From: Candidatus Bathyarchaeota archaeon
GTDB lineage: Archaea > Thermoproteota > Bathyarchaeia > TCS64
Direction of reading: 5' to 3'
DNA: 64,000 nt
NCBI GenBank assembly: GCA_963769425.1
Contig: CAVYLP010000004.1
Location: 263,088-327,087 of the forward strand
Position numbers and translations under genes: made by a program. Shown here in pieces: positions 39,023 through 49,959 of the stretch (the first letter of the stretch is position 1; every line of letters begins with the position of its first letter). The notes below the pieces were generated by a model. That model was given only the letters and a program-made list of their open reading frames with translations, was not told the DNA's origin and did no database searches.

Positions 39023-39225
39023 TCCCGAAACATTTTACATCCACGCGGAGACTTCTCAGCCGACCTGTATGCTGTTCCGCGTCTACCTGGAGAAGGAGCT
39101 GATAATGGAGGGGGTCAGGCTCGTTAAGGGGACCCCGGAGGGTGTCGCGATTAAGGATGATAAGGGGGTCTCGCGGGTCCTCGACGGCGTCTACGTCGCC
39201 GAGGTGGAGGGAGTGGCGGGCTACG

Positions 39226-40770
39226 TCACTCTCCGCCGCGCTGCAGGAGGGGCCCGAGGCTCCTGAACTCTTCGCCCCTGAAATAGGCGTTAAGTTTCGT
39301 AGGTAGTTCTTCGACGTGGATGTTGACTTGTTCCCAGCTGTCCCTGTCCCTGAGAGTCAGGATGTCCTTCTCCATTGTCGTATAGTCAATGGTGACGGCG
39401 AGTGGTGTGCCTACCTCGTCCTGGCGGGCGTATCGGCGCCCAATGCTGCCACCGTCGTCGAATATGGCCCTGTAGCCCCCCGCTAAGACTATGTCGTAGA
39501 CGGTCATCGCCTTCTCGGGGAGCCCATCCTTTGTGACTAGGGGCTGCACGGAGACCTGGTAGGGGGCGAGGTTCCTCGGGAAGTGGAGGATGTTCCTCTT
39601 CTCCTTCCCAGTTTCCCGCTGCTCCCACACTGTTTCCATGGCGACGAATGTGAGTCGATCGAGGCCGTAGCTTGGTTCGATGACGTGGGGGATGAACCGG
39701 GTACCGTCCTTGCGGAGCACCGACATGTCGACGCCGCTGCCCTTCTGATGGGCGTTGAGGTCGTAGTCCGTCCTGTTGGCGTGGCCGGCGACCTCGATCC
39801 AGCCCCAGCTCTTGGTCTGGACCTCGTGGTCGAACGTCTGGCTACTGTAGTGACTCCTCTCCTGGGGGAGGTGGGCGCGGAACTGCTGCCTCTCCGGCGG
39901 GACTCCGAGGCCCTCCATGAAGCGTTTGCCGATGCCCATGAAGTAGCCCTGCCACTCCGTGAGGATGAGCTTCTTCTCAACGGCCTCCCTAACGGTGACC
40001 TCTATGGGTTCCTTGACTCCCTTCTCCTCCATCTCCTCAGTGATGAGACGGACTTTCTCCCCCTCAACGTCCTTTAACCATAAACATGTAGGGTTGAGGG
40101 GGTCGAAGAAGAGCTCAAGCTCCATTATCGTGAACTCGCGAAGCCTATGCATGCCGCGGCGAGGGCTGACCTCGTTCCTCATCACCTTTCCCTGCTGGCT
40201 TATCGCGAAGGGGATCCGCTCCCTGTTGGCCTGGTAGCAGCGCTTGAAGTTGGTGAACATGCCCTGGGCCGCCTCGGGGCGCATGTAGCCCACCTCGGCG
40301 CCAGTGGCCCCGATCTGGGTCTGGAACATGGTGAGGACGAGCGTCGGCTCCTTGAGGGCGCCCCCGCAGACCGGGCACTTGATGTTGTTCTCGACGAGCA
40401 GTCTCTTGATCGCGTCCCCGCCCTGTGCCTCGACGTGCTCCATCCCCGTCTTCTCCTCGATGAGGTGGTCAGCGCGGAAGCCTCTACCGCACTGGCTGCA
40501 CGTCGTCGCGTACTCTTTGAAGTTGGCGAGGTGGCCGCTAGCCTCGAAGACCTTGCTGCTGTTCACTATCGGGTCCTCGATCTCGAAGAAGCCCTGCCTC
40601 CTGACGAAGTGCTCCCTCCAGAGGGCCTCGATGTTGCGCTTGAGCTTCACACCCGCGTCCCCGTAGGTGGTGAAGCCCGCTATGTTGCCGTATATCTCGA
40701 AGCTCGGCCAGAAGAAGCCGCGGCGCTTGGCGACCTCGGTGATGGTCTCGTAGATGTTGCCAGTGGACAT
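39226..40770 (-). CDS. glyS: glycyl-tRNA synthetase (archaeal/eukaryotic alpha2 type)
   Basis: 514 aa. Class II motifs. N-terminus MSTGNIYETITEVAKRRGFFWPSFEIYG. Confidence 0.9.
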   Translation of the reverse strand: MSTGNIYETITEVAKRRGFFWPSFEIYGNIAGFTTYGDAGVKLKRNIEALWREHFVRRQGFFEIEDPIVNSSKVFEASGHLANFKEYATTCSQCGRGFRADHLIEEKTGMEHVEAQGGDAIKRLLVENNIKCPVCGGALKEPTLVLTMFQTQIGATGAEVGYMRPEAAQGMFTNFKRCYQANRERIPFAISQQGKVMRNEVSPRRGMHRLREFTIMELELFFDPLNPTCLWLKDVEGEKVRLITEEMEEKGVKEPIEVTVREAVEKKLILTEWQGYFMGIGKRFMEGLGVPPERQQFRAHLPQERSHYSSQTFDHEVQTKSWGWIEVAGHANRTDYDLNAHQKGSGVDMSVLRKDGTRFIPHVIEPSYGLDRLTFVAMETVWEQRETGKEKRNILHFPRNLAPYQVSVQPLVTKDGLPEKAMTVYDIVLAGGYRAIFDDGGSIGRRYARQDEVGTPLAVTIDYTTMEKDILTLRDRDSWEQVNIHVEELPTKLNAYFRGEEFRSLGPLLQRGGE

Positions 40771-40822
40771 GCCCTTTCAGCCCTAAACGAATCTGCGGGT
40801 GCAAAATATAAAGGGGGCGGGG

Positions 40823-41527
40823 CTAGGCCGCCGCGGCGGAGCGCAGGAGGCCCGTTATCATCGGGTGCGGGCGCTCGTGGGTGGAGGTGGCTTGCGGGAC
40901 GAAGAGTGTGGCGAAGAAGAATCTAGCCTTGGGGAGCTCGAGTATCCTGACCTCCCCGCCGGCGTCGAGGCCGGAGACGCGAAGACCCGCCTTCTCTACA
41001 TCTCCCCTCCGGGCTGGGTTCAAGCCGTAGTTGCAGTAGAACTTCTCCCTGATGGTCGGCGCCCCGTAGACTTTTGAGGCCCGCGTCCCGGCTAGGACCT
41101 TCACCTCCTCTACCTTCCCGACGAGTGAGCAGGTGAGGGGAGTTACGAAGAGGTTGGAGGCGTCAGGGTGCTCCTCCGCGTGCTCCGCGTCCTCGATGCC
41201 CATGACATTTCTCGCGAACTCGATGATGGCGTGCTGGCAACCCCCGCAGGTGCCGATGAAGGGGCGGTCATTCTCCCTAGCGAACCTGATCCCGTTCAGG
41301 GCGCCTTCAGTGCTCTTGTAGGGGCTCCCCGGGGCGCAGAGGAACGCGTCGAACCGATCCATCTTTCCCTCAGCGTCCACCTCCAGCGAGGGCGTGGGGA
41401 GCCACTCGACATCCACGCCTAAACCGATTAGGTCCGCCGAGTGCCTGAAGGCATCATTCGTGGCTGTATGTGTCTCGTAGGTTGCCCGAAAATCGCCGAT
41501 GACTCCAACGCTAAGCTTCTTTGGCAT
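40823..41527 (-). CDS. class I glutamine amidotransferase-like protein (CTP-synthase GATase-type, stand-alone)
   Basis: GTCGGCQHAIIEFARNVMG with the nucleophile Cys. A His/Glu region lies downstream. Confidence 0.65.
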   Translation of the reverse strand: MPKKLSVGVIGDFRATYETHTATNDAFRHSADLIGLGVDVEWLPTPSLEVDAEGKMDRFDAFLCAPGSPYKSTEGALNGIRFARENDRPFIGTCGGCQHAIIEFARNVMGIEDAEHAEEHPDASNLFVTPLTCSLVGKVEEVKVLAGTRASKVYGAPTIREKFYCNYGLNPARRGDVEKAGLRVSGLDAGGEVRILELPKARFFFATLFVPQATSTHERPHPMITGLLRSAAAA

Positions 41528-41563
41528 ACGAGGCTGTGAGCCGCGACGCGTATAAGCGTTTGG

Positions 41564-42487
41564 CTAATACTTCGTTAGGTCAACGCCTATCCTCTTCGAT
41601 ATCTTCTCGAGGTCGTTGAGGATGTAGACGAAGGCGTGGCCCGTCCACCGCCCCCACCTCTCCGCGGCGAGCCTCTGAATCTCGGGGATTACACCACGCG
41701 GGTCTTCGGGCTCCACGCCTTTGAGGAGGACGCTGAATATCTTCGCGCTCCAGACATCGACACTGAAGCCCCTCTCGGAGACGACGATGGCTGCCGAATA
41801 AGGGCCGACGCCTCGCAGCTCCATGAGCCTCTCCCGCGCCTCCTCGGCGGTGAGCCTCGACAACTCGTCCATGTCGGGGAACCCGGCCTCGATGGATTCG
41901 GCTATGGAGACGAGGTTCTTCGCCCTGTACCCGAGCTTCGCCCTACTCATGAGCTCCGCGACAGGCGTCGAGGCTATTCTCTTCGGCGAGGGCCAGTACC
42001 TGACCCTCCTCCCGTCGAACTCCGCGTCATCTCCGTAAAGCTCTCTTACAGAGTCCATCATCTGGTTGCTCCTCTTCATGGGGGCCATCTGGAGGGTGAC
42101 GGCGAGGATGAGGGCGGGGAAGAGGTCGGGCCACCAGAGTATGCGCATTCCCCTGAGGTCCCTCACCACGGGGGCGAGTATGTTGTCCCTCCCCGCCATT
42201 TCGTAGAAGGGGCGGAGGTCCTCCCCCGTCCTTAGGGAGCGCCTCATCATCCCCTCGATTATCTGCTTCTCGTCCAAGGTGAGACCCGAGTCGGTGTAGA
42301 TGGAGCACCCTATCCGCGGCTTGGTGAGTGTGCCAAGGTTCCAGAGCTTCACCCCAATGAGTTTACCCCTGAACCGCGTCGCGGTCCTGAGCGTACCTTT
42401 CTCATATATCTCGTCGGGGGTCGCCCACCACCAACCGGCGGGCTTACTCACGGTCAAATCAAAGCTGTACGGGGGAATTGCCCCCAT
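41564..42487 (-). CDS. HhH-GPD superfamily DNA glycosylase (AlkA/Ogg-like)
   Basis: LMELRGVGPYSAAIV helix-hairpin-helix GPD motif. Start placed at M58 of the tracked ORF. Confidence 0.7.
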   Translation of the reverse strand: MGAIPPYSFDLTVSKPAGWWWATPDEIYEKGTLRTATRFRGKLIGVKLWNLGTLTKPRIGCSIYTDSGLTLDEKQIIEGMMRRSLRTGEDLRPFYEMAGRDNILAPVVRDLRGMRILWWPDLFPALILAVTLQMAPMKRSNQMMDSVRELYGDDAEFDGRRVRYWPSPKRIASTPVAELMSRAKLGYRAKNLVSIAESIEAGFPDMDELSRLTAEEARERLMELRGVGPYSAAIVVSERGFSVDVWSAKIFSVLLKGVEPEDPRGVIPEIQRLAAERWGRWTGHAFVYILNDLEKISKRIGVDLTKY

Positions 42488-42522
42488 CTCGAACTCGTGA
42501 ACCCGCCTCACCTCTAGCCGCC

Positions 42523-43224
42523 CTACCTCTTCCTGACCCTCGCGTTCGTCAGGTTGATTGCCTTCGTCACCTTGATGCCCTTCGGGCAGACTTGTGTACA
42601 CTTGAAGTAGTTTCTGCAGGCAACAGAACCGTGGGGTGCCGCGGCAACTTCGAGCCAAGCTTCGACGTCATTCGTCCGGGTGTCGAAGATGTATCGTTGG
42701 AGAAGGAGGGCTGCAGAGGGTCCTATGTACTCGGGGTCATCGCGTAGGTTAACGGGGCAGGACGCGGTGCAGCACCCACATTGGATACACTTTATCGCGT
42801 CCTCTATTGCCCGCCTCTCGGACTCTGCCTGCCTCGCCTCCTCCACAGCCTCGGCGGGGTCCATCCTATCCCAACCCTCAGGGTGGACCGCTTTCATCCT
42901 AGCGAAGAAGGGGACGAGATCCACAACGAGGTCCTTGACTACACGGAAAAAGGAGAGAGGCTCGACCACTATCTCGGGGCCCTCGAACTCCCCCACGAGC
43001 CTCTGACAGGCGAGGCCGGCGACTCCATTCATCGTGACGCCGTCTGAGCCACAGAATCCCATGCCCGCAGCTCATCCTGTAGGAGAGGGTCGGGTCGACG
43101 CCCCAGCGTACTCTGTTGAGACACTCAAGCACACGCATCCTCGGCGTTGTCTCCAGTTCGTATGTGTCGTAGTGGGGCTCCTCGTCAGTCGCGGGGTCGT
43201 ATCTAAATACCTTGAATCTCGTGG
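42523..43224 (-). pseudogene. sdhB: succinate dehydrogenase / fumarate reductase Fe-S subunit, frameshifted with no evident start
   Basis: The N-terminal part (RFKVFRYDP...MRVLECLNRVRWGVDPTLSYRMSCGHGI) is in one frame. The rest (CGSDGVTMNGVAGLAC..., CIQCGCCTASCP, CTQVCPKGI) is in ORF 42523..43062. An extra C near 43066. Confidence 0.7.
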
Positions 43225-44946
43225 CTAGAACCCCCTCGGCTTCGGCTGGAACGTCGTAACGGAGACGGGTTTCCAGCCTATGGTCATGACTCCATCCTCC
43301 CTCCCGCAGATTGTGTGCTTCAGGTAGTTTGCATCGTCCCTCTCCGGGTGGTCGCTCCGGTAGTGGGCCCCCCTGCTCTCCTTCCTCGCCATCGCGGAGG
43401 CTACGACTACCTCGGAGACCGTCAGCATGTTGCCGAGTTCCAGGGCGTCCTCCAGCTCGCAGTTGAGGCGTCTCCCCCTGTTGTGGAGACCTATTTCAGA
43501 GAACCTGTTCCTTAGATCCGCTAAGACTCCTGCCGCTTCCCCAAGTACCTGTTCGCTCCTGAACGCGCTGCACTTCGAAGTCATCGTACTCTGTAGCTCC
43601 TCTCGTAGCTTCGCCACGTCCTCGGGGCCTGCTGAGTTGAGGAGATGGTCGATCTTGTCATGGATCATCTTCTCTGTGTCCTCGGTGGGCTCAACAAGGT
43701 CAGCTTTGCCACAAAACGCTGAGATTGCGTCGCCCGCCCTACTACCGAAGACTACGAGATCGAGAAGCGAGTTACACCCGAGCCTATTTGCCCCGTGGAC
43801 GCTGATGCAGGCGCACTCCCCCGCCGCGAAGAGCCCCTGGATAGGGTTCAGGCCGTCGCTAAGAGCCTTTGCGTTGAGGTCGGTAGGTACTCCCCCCATA
43901 AAGTAGTGGCAAGTGGGGGAGACCGGAATAGCCTCGGTCACGGGGTCTATCCCCATGTACTTCCTAGCCATCTCCGTTATCTCCTGTAGATCCTCCTCGA
44001 GGATCCCACGGGAGATGCTGGTCAGGTCAAGGTTGACGTAGTTCTTGCCATCTACACCTCTCCCCTCACTGATCTCGGTTAATATTGCCCGTGAGACGAC
44101 GTCCCTCGGGGCGAGGTCTCCAAGGGTCGGCGCGTACTTTTTCATGAATGCCTCCCCTGAAGCGTTCCTGAGGACACCCCCCTCGCCGCGGGCCGCCTCG
44201 GTTATCAGGAACCCTATCCCATGGAGACCGGTGGGGTGGAACTGGACGAACTCCATGTCCTCTAATGCGATGCCAGCGTCGAAGGCGAGTGCGAAGCCAT
44301 CCCCCGTCGAGGCGGAGCCGTTCGAGGTTGTCCCGTAGACCTTACCTGAGCCTCCCGTCGCGAGGAGAACGGCCTTAGAACCGAATATCATGGGATCACC
44401 CGTAGCGAGGCTGTAGCCGCCTACACCACGACATGCCCCACCGTCCATCAAGAGGTTAGTGATGAACACCTCGTCGTAGAAAGTGACACCCCGGCTCAGA
44501 CACCTCTCGTATAGGGTGTTCATTATGACCCTCCCCGTCCTGTCAGAGGCGAAGCAGGCCCGCTTCACGGGGCCCTCACCATAATCGTGGGTGTGTCCCC
44601 CGAACCGCCTCTGCTCAATCTTCCCCTCAGGGTTCCTCGTGAAGGGAACACCCATCCGCTCGAGGTTGATCACAGCGCTCGACGCCTCCCTCGTGAGAAC
44701 CTCGGCGGCATCCTGGTCGACAAGATAGTCGCCACCCTTGACTGTATCGTACATGTGCCAGCGCCACTCGTCCCTGTCTTCGTTGCTGAGGGCCGCAGCT
44801 ATCCCGCCCTGGGCGGAGGCGGAGTGGCTCCTCATCGGGTGGACCTTGCTGATGACGGCTACGTCGCAACTTGGAGAGGCGTGGAGCGCGGCGGTTAGGC
44901 CCGCTATTCCTCCTCCGACTACCACCGCGTCGTGGTGTAGGATCAT
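43225..44946 (-). CDS. sdhA: succinate dehydrogenase / fumarate reductase flavoprotein subunit
   Basis: [16 protein letters not shown] fold. [10 protein letters not shown] (covalent FAD His). Confidence 0.9.
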   Translation of the reverse strand: MILHHDAVVVGGGIAGLTAALHASPSCDVAVISKVHPMRSHSASAQGGIAAALSNEDRDEWRWHMYDTVKGGDYLVDQDAAEVLTREASSAVINLERMGVPFTRNPEGKIEQRRFGGHTHDYGEGPVKRACFASDRTGRVIMNTLYERCLSRGVTFYDEVFITNLLMDGGACRGVGGYSLATGDPMIFGSKAVLLATGGSGKVYGTTSNGSASTGDGFALAFDAGIALEDMEFVQFHPTGLHGIGFLITEAARGEGGVLRNASGEAFMKKYAPTLGDLAPRDVVSRAILTEISEGRGVDGKNYVNLDLTSISRGILEEDLQEITEMARKYMGIDPVTEAIPVSPTCHYFMGGVPTDLNAKALSDGLNPIQGLFAAGECACISVHGANRLGCNSLLDLVVFGSRAGDAISAFCGKADLVEPTEDTEKMIHDKIDHLLNSAGPEDVAKLREELQSTMTSKCSAFRSEQVLGEAAGVLADLRNRFSEIGLHNRGRRLNCELEDALELGNMLTVSEVVVASAMARKESRGAHYRSDHPERDDANYLKHTICGREDGVMTIGWKPVSVTTFQPKPRGF

Positions 44947-46370
44947 GCCTTACCCCGTCCCTTGGGGCCAAGCCGCTGAGAGTTGCCGATGTTAGGCGCC
45001 GTCGAACCTTTAGCGAGTTCAGCCAGTTCCTCCTCCGAGATCAATCCCTCCTTGATAGCCAGTTTCCCCACGGGGACCCCCTTCTCGGCCGCCTCGATGG
45101 CGAGTCGGGACGCGGCCTCGTAACCTAATACCGGTGAGAGGAGGGTTGCGAAGGCGTTGCTGTGCTCGAAGTAGTAACCCGTGGTCCGGGGGTTCGCCTC
45201 TACGCTGACGATGCATCTCTCCCTAAGCGTCTCGACGGCTTTCGCCATCCACGACTGCGCTGAGAGAAGGTTGTAAGCCACCAGCGGGGTGTAGACGTTA
45301 AGGTCCAGACTCCCATGCTGAGCCGCGGCCTCCACGGTCGCCCTAGCCCCGATGGTCTGGAGACAGGTCATGTTCACGCACTCGATGATGCTCGGGTTAA
45401 CCTTCCCCGGCATTATGCTCGACCCCGGCTCCACAGCTGGGAGGGTCATCTCCCCGAGCCCAGTGGCTGGGCCGGAGCTTAGGAGCATGAGGTCGTTTCC
45501 GACTTTTATGAGGGTGGTGGCGAGGACGCCGAGGGCGTTCATGTAGCTGAGGAAGTCGGATGTGAACTGGAGTCCGTAGGCGGAATCTTCTAGTGGTGTA
45601 AGGTCGAGACCCGTGATCTCCCCCAGACTCCTGATTACACGTTCCTTGTACTTCGGGTGGGTATCGACGCCCGTGCCAACAGCAGTGCCGCCGAGCGGTA
45701 ATCTGCTCAACTTCTCCTCGGCTTTCTCGATCTCAGAACGCGCTTCACCCACCGCGACGGCGTATGTGTGGAACTCCTGCCCGAGGGTCACAGGTACGGC
45801 GTCCCTCAGGTGCGTCCTCCCGCTCTTCAGAACGTCCCTGAACTCGACCGCCTTAGCCCCGAGGCTGAATTCGAGGTCCCCGAGAGTGGACACCAGTTCC
45901 CTGCTTCGCCTAACCGCGGCAACTCGAATGGCGGTGGGGATGACGTCGTTTGACGACTGCGACATGTTGACGTGATCGTTCGGGTGAATGGGGAAGTAGG
46001 AGCCGAGGGGGTGGCCGAGGAGCTCGTTCGTCCTGTTGGCTATGACCTCATTGACGTTCATGTTCCACGGCGTCCCAGCCCCCGCCTGGAAGACGTCGAG
46101 GAGGAACTCCCCGACGAACTTCCCAGCGATTACCTCGTCGGCGGCCCTGGCGATGGCGTCCGCGAGGTCCGCGTCGAGCAGGCCAAGCTCCGCGTTCACC
46201 AACGCGGCTGCCTTCTTCACCTCCGCCACTGCCCGGATGAAGTCATCTCCGATAGTCTGCCCCGAGATCCGGAAGTTCCTGAGCGCCCTAGCAGTAAATG
46301 AGCCGTAGTAGGCAGAGGCGGGGACCTCGACCTCCCCTAAGAAGTCCCTCTCGACACGTTTTTCTGACAC
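44943..46370 (-). CDS. fumC: class II fumarate hydratase / aspartate ammonia-lyase family
   Basis: [11 protein letters not shown] signature. Likely GTG start at 46370 ([18 protein letters not shown]). 4-nt overlap with the sdhA start. Confidence 0.85.
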   Translation of the reverse strand: MSEKRVERDFLGEVEVPASAYYGSFTARALRNFRISGQTIGDDFIRAVAEVKKAAALVNAELGLLDADLADAIARAADEVIAGKFVGEFLLDVFQAGAGTPWNMNVNEVIANRTNELLGHPLGSYFPIHPNDHVNMSQSSNDVIPTAIRVAAVRRSRELVSTLGDLEFSLGAKAVEFRDVLKSGRTHLRDAVPVTLGQEFHTYAVAVGEARSEIEKAEEKLSRLPLGGTAVGTGVDTHPKYKERVIRSLGEITGLDLTPLEDSAYGLQFTSDFLSYMNALGVLATTLIKVGNDLMLLSSGPATGLGEMTLPAVEPGSSIMPGKVNPSIIECVNMTCLQTIGARATVEAAAQHGSLDLNVYTPLVAYNLLSAQSWMAKAVETLRERCIVSVEANPRTTGYYFEHSNAFATLLSPVLGYEAASRLAIEAAEKGVPVGKLAIKEGLISEEELAELAKGSTAPNIGNSQRLGPKGRGKA

Positions 46371-46429
46371 GTGTAGATGGGGAGGAAGGGCTGTTTTTAA
46401 ACGAGGTAATGAACGAGGGAAATGGTGAG

Positions 46430-46822
46430 TCACTCGACCACGGGTCGGAACTTGTACCCGTACTGGATTAGCCCCGCCTGCCCGTCCTCGGTGACCTTGC
46501 GGAAGGTGTACTCGACCTTCAACCCAGTCTTTACTGCCTCCGACTCGATGTCAACAAGCTGGCTCAGTATCTGGACCCCGTCGTCCAGCTCAATGAGGGC
46601 GACGACATAGGGTGTGAACCGCTCGTAGCCGAGGGGCGCGTTCCTGATGACGGTCCAGCTCTTGACCTTCCCCGTCTCGGCGAGCTTGTATGGCTTGAAC
46701 TCGGTGCCGCCGCAGCTGCAGACGGGCGTCTTAGGGTAGTGCTTAGCGCCGCACTTAGCACACTCCTCGCCCATGAGCCTGTATCGGGGTTTCTCCTCTC
46801 GCCAGTATCTTGGTACGCTCAT
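46430..46822 (-). CDS. DUF35 OB-fold / zinc-ribbon protein (scaffold of the archaeal thiolase-HMGCS complex)
   Basis: CAKCG...CSCGG zinc ribbon plus an OB-fold region. Confidence 0.8.
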   Translation of the reverse strand: MSVPRYWREEKPRYRLMGEECAKCGAKHYPKTPVCSCGGTEFKPYKLAETGKVKSWTVIRNAPLGYERFTPYVVALIELDDGVQILSQLVDIESEAVKTGLKVEYTFRKVTEDGQAGLIQYGYKFRPVVE

Positions 46823-46824
46823 CC

Positions 46825-47967
46825 TTAGACCCTCCTGAGGATGGCAACTGAGCAGGTGGAGCCCACTCCCGCCATGCTCTGGGCCATCCCTATCTTCGCG
46901 TCGGGGACCTGATTCGCCCCCGCCTTACCGCGGAGCTGAATCACGGTCTCCGCTATCTGGTAGAGCCCCGTAGCCCCTATCGGGTTGCCGCGGGCCTTGA
47001 GTCCGCCGAAGTTGTTTGTCGGCATCTCACCCGTTCGAGTCGTATATCCCTGGGCGACGAGCTTCGCGCCCTTTCCCTTCTCGGCGAAGCCGAGATCCTC
47101 GAGGCTCAGGACGCCATCAATGGTCGTGTCATCGGTGACCTCCAGCACGTCGATGTCCTTGGGCTTGACCTTGGCGATATCGTATGCCTTTGCACCAGCC
47201 TTCTTGACGGCTTCCAGGGTGAGTGGATTCTTGCGGCATGCGAGGGATAGGTGGTCGGTGGCGACTGTTGAGGCTGCCACCTCGATTCCATTGGTAATCT
47301 TATCCGCCGGTCCGAGGAGCACCGCCGCCGCGCCATCCGCGACCGCCGCGCACTCCATCATCCTGATTGGGTCCGCCTCCATCGGGCTCGTCATCACGCG
47401 CTCTATGCTGAGCTTGAAGGGAAACTGGGCGTGGGCGACACCGACAGCGTTATCGTGGCTTCGGGCCGCGAACCAGCCTATCTCCTCGGGCGTCGCGCCG
47501 TACTCGTGGCTGTAGAGCCTGTGGAGTATCGCGGAGAGACCCGTCTTGGTGACGCCGGTGTAGGCAGTGTACTCCTGCTCCTCCGCCCCCACAAGTGCTG
47601 TGGTGACGGCCTCGGGTAGGAGGTCACTCATCTTCTCGACTCCGCCGACGAGTACCCAGTCACTGAGCTCGGAGGCGACGGCCTTGACGCCCTCGTTGAA
47701 GGCGACTCCGCCGCTCGCCTGCCCCGCCTCGATCCTGACCGCGGGTAGGCCGGGCCTGCCAATGGCCTCCGCCATCATGGCGCCCATTCCGATCTGCCCC
47801 TGCAGGTGTGCACCCATCATGTTGGCGACGTAGAGCTGGTCGACCTCGGTGTGCGCCGCGTCCTTCAACGCGCCTAGGGCGGCCTCAGCAAAGAGTTCCT
47901 TTATGTTCCTCTCCCAGGGCTCGCCGACCTTCGTGAATCCTATTCCGGCTATCGCTACCTTCCTCAT
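46825..47967 (-). CDS. thiolase-like acetoacetyl-CoA thiolase
   Basis: 380 aa. Thiolase fold with active-site Cys region. 4-nt overlap with the HMGCS gene. Confidence 0.85.
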   Translation of the reverse strand: MRKVAIAGIGFTKVGEPWERNIKELFAEAALGALKDAAHTEVDQLYVANMMGAHLQGQIGMGAMMAEAIGRPGLPAVRIEAGQASGGVAFNEGVKAVASELSDWVLVGGVEKMSDLLPEAVTTALVGAEEQEYTAYTGVTKTGLSAILHRLYSHEYGATPEEIGWFAARSHDNAVGVAHAQFPFKLSIERVMTSPMEADPIRMMECAAVADGAAAVLLGPADKITNGIEVAASTVATDHLSLACRKNPLTLEAVKKAGAKAYDIAKVKPKDIDVLEVTDDTTIDGVLSLEDLGFAEKGKGAKLVAQGYTTRTGEMPTNNFGGLKARGNPIGATGLYQIAETVIQLRGKAGANQVPDAKIGMAQSMAGVGSTCSVAILRRV

Positions 47968-48998
47968 GCTATGATCTGCCCCCTGTGGCGGAGGTAGGTC
48001 GCGTAGTCGACGTACCTCTTCCTGTCTATGTAGTTCTTGACCTTGGGTCCGCCGCGGCGGTGCTTTATGGGCTCCCTGACCTTCCAGACGAAGGCGTCGC
48101 TGCCGGAGCCGCTACCATAACTGACCATGAATATCATATCACCGGGCTCAGCGACGTCGAGCGTCGCGGCGAGTCCCAGTGGGCTACTGCCCGCGTAGGT
48201 GTTGCCCACGACGGGTGAGACGAGGCCCGGGTTGATCTGGTCCATCCCGAACCCAAGCATCTTTGCGACGTTGATGGGGAATTTGGCGTTCGGCTGGTGG
48301 AAGACCGCCCACTTGAAGTCGGTGGCCTTGTACCCCGTCTCCGCGAGGAGCGCCTTCCCCGCGCCGGTGATGTGTTTGAAGTATGCGGGCTCCCCCGTGA
48401 ACCTATTACCGTGGCGGGGGTACATCTCCTTCGGCCTACGCCAGAAGTCTGGAGTGTCCGTCACGAAGCTGTATGAGGCTTCGAGTTCGGCGACGCTCTC
48501 CTCGGCTGGGCCGAAGAGGTATGCGGCTCCTCCACATGCTGCCGTGTACTCGAGCGCGTCCGCTGGCTTGCCCTGCGCCGTGTCCGCGCCTATGCCCATG
48601 GCGTACTTCTGCATCCCGCTGCCGACGAGGCCGATGCAGTTCTGCATCGCTTCGGTGCCCGCCTTGCAGGCGAACTCCATGTCGGCCGTGGAGACACTTG
48701 GGGTTGCCCCTATGACCTCAGCGACTATGGTACCCGAAGGCTTGACGGCGTAGGGCTTCGACTCGGTGCCGACGTAGACCGCCCCGATCTTCGTGGGGTC
48801 GACGCCGGAGCGCCGAACGGCTTGGCGCGCGCACTCGACCGCTATGGTGACTGTGTCCTCGTCGAGGGCTACGACAGCCTTCTCCTCGACGGGCTCCCCC
48901 GAGGTGCTCCACATGCGGTTCACCTCAGCGGCCTTGAGCCTGTACATCGGCACGTAGGCGCCGTAGCCCGCTATGCCGACCCTGATTAGAGTCTTCAT
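47964..48998 (-). CDS. hydroxymethylglutaryl-CoA synthase
   Basis: MKTLIRVGIAGYGAYVPMYRL... Archaeal HMGCS organization. The three genes are contiguous. Confidence 0.85.
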   Translation of the reverse strand: MKTLIRVGIAGYGAYVPMYRLKAAEVNRMWSTSGEPVEEKAVVALDEDTVTIAVECARQAVRRSGVDPTKIGAVYVGTESKPYAVKPSGTIVAEVIGATPSVSTADMEFACKAGTEAMQNCIGLVGSGMQKYAMGIGADTAQGKPADALEYTAACGGAAYLFGPAEESVAELEASYSFVTDTPDFWRRPKEMYPRHGNRFTGEPAYFKHITGAGKALLAETGYKATDFKWAVFHQPNAKFPINVAKMLGFGMDQINPGLVSPVVGNTYAGSSPLGLAATLDVAEPGDMIFMVSYGSGSGSDAFVWKVREPIKHRRGGPKVKNYIDRKRYVDYATYLRHRGQIIA

Positions 48999-49089
48999 GT
49001 CTATCCCTATCCCGGAAACTAGGAGTAGGTTGACAGGTTTCTATTTAAGCGAATCGACATGGATCGAATAGGGAATCGACAGGAGACGA

Positions 49090-49959
49090 TTACCGCTTAA
49101 GGTAGACGTCCCTGACGGCCCCAAGCGACTTTATGTTCGCCTTCAGCGAGTAAGGCCGCTCGAAATGGCAGACAAACCCCTCCCAAGGGTCACCGACGAC
49201 TTCGTAGCCGCTTATCTGCCCGACGCCGAGTTGCGCCGTGTTCGCCACATGCCTGATCTCCTCGGGCTTGAAGCCCATCAACCGTACGCAGAAGCTGTCG
49301 ACGGCGACGACGTCGGAGCCAGCGACGACGACGCCCATCCTCCTGGGGTTGCCCACTACGGGGCCGTTCCCCTCCATGCAGGTGAGGCCGTCGACTATCG
49401 TCATGTCTGTCCTGATCGTCTTCGCGAGGAAGGGGAGGACCTCGTCGAGTTTCTTATGTAGGCGGCTCTTCTTCGCCTCCTGGAAGCAGCCGTAGAGGTT
49501 CTTGATGCCGAGGGTGACGGTGGTGTGGGCGCAGGTCTTCATCTTGGCGAGGTTTAGCACGCAGTCGGCGACCGTCATCGTCTTCGGGATCATTATCTCT
49601 GTGCCGGCGACGACGTAGGGTGTGCAGTCGTCTGTGCTGAGGTTGAGGAACGGTACCTTCCACTCCTCGAGCTTCGCCATGAGCCCCGACTCCTTCACAC
49701 GTGTGTCCGCGGTGTCGGCGATGTTGTCCGACTCGACTATCAGGGGCTCGCAGCTCTTCTCTCGGACCATCTTCACCGCTGCCTCGACTATGGCGAAGTC
49801 GGTGAGGACCATGCCCTGCGGGTTCTTCGAGTTGCAGACGTTTGGCTTGATGACTACCTTCATCCCGGGCTTGATCTGTAGGCCACCGGCGAGGTTGACC
49901 GCCCTCCTGACGGCTGCCTGCGTGTCGTCCCCTGCTTTCACGAGGGAAACCTTGGCCAT
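49090..49959 (-). CDS. DUF362-domain protein
   Basis: 289 aa. VVIKPN and conserved Cys/Gly-rich segments typical of DUF362. Confidence 0.55.
   Translation of the reverse strand: MAKVSLVKAGDDTQAAVRRAVNLAGGLQIKPGMKVVIKPNVCNSKNPQGMVLTDFAIVEAAVKMVREKSCEPLIVESDNIADTADTRVKESGLMAKLEEWKVPFLNLSTDDCTPYVVAGTEIMIPKTMTVADCVLNLAKMKTCAHTTVTLGIKNLYGCFQEAKKSRLHKKLDEVLPFLAKTIRTDMTIVDGLTCMEGNGPVVGNPRRMGVVVAGSDVVAVDSFCVRLMGFKPEEIRHVANTAQLGVGQISGYEVVGDPWEGFVCHFERPYSLKANIKSLGAVRDVYLKR

Noticed and set aside
39000-39266. Small ORF 39000..39266 (+)
   Set aside because: It overlaps the convergent glyS 3' end. Its composition is unremarkable and it has no motif, so it stays unannotated.
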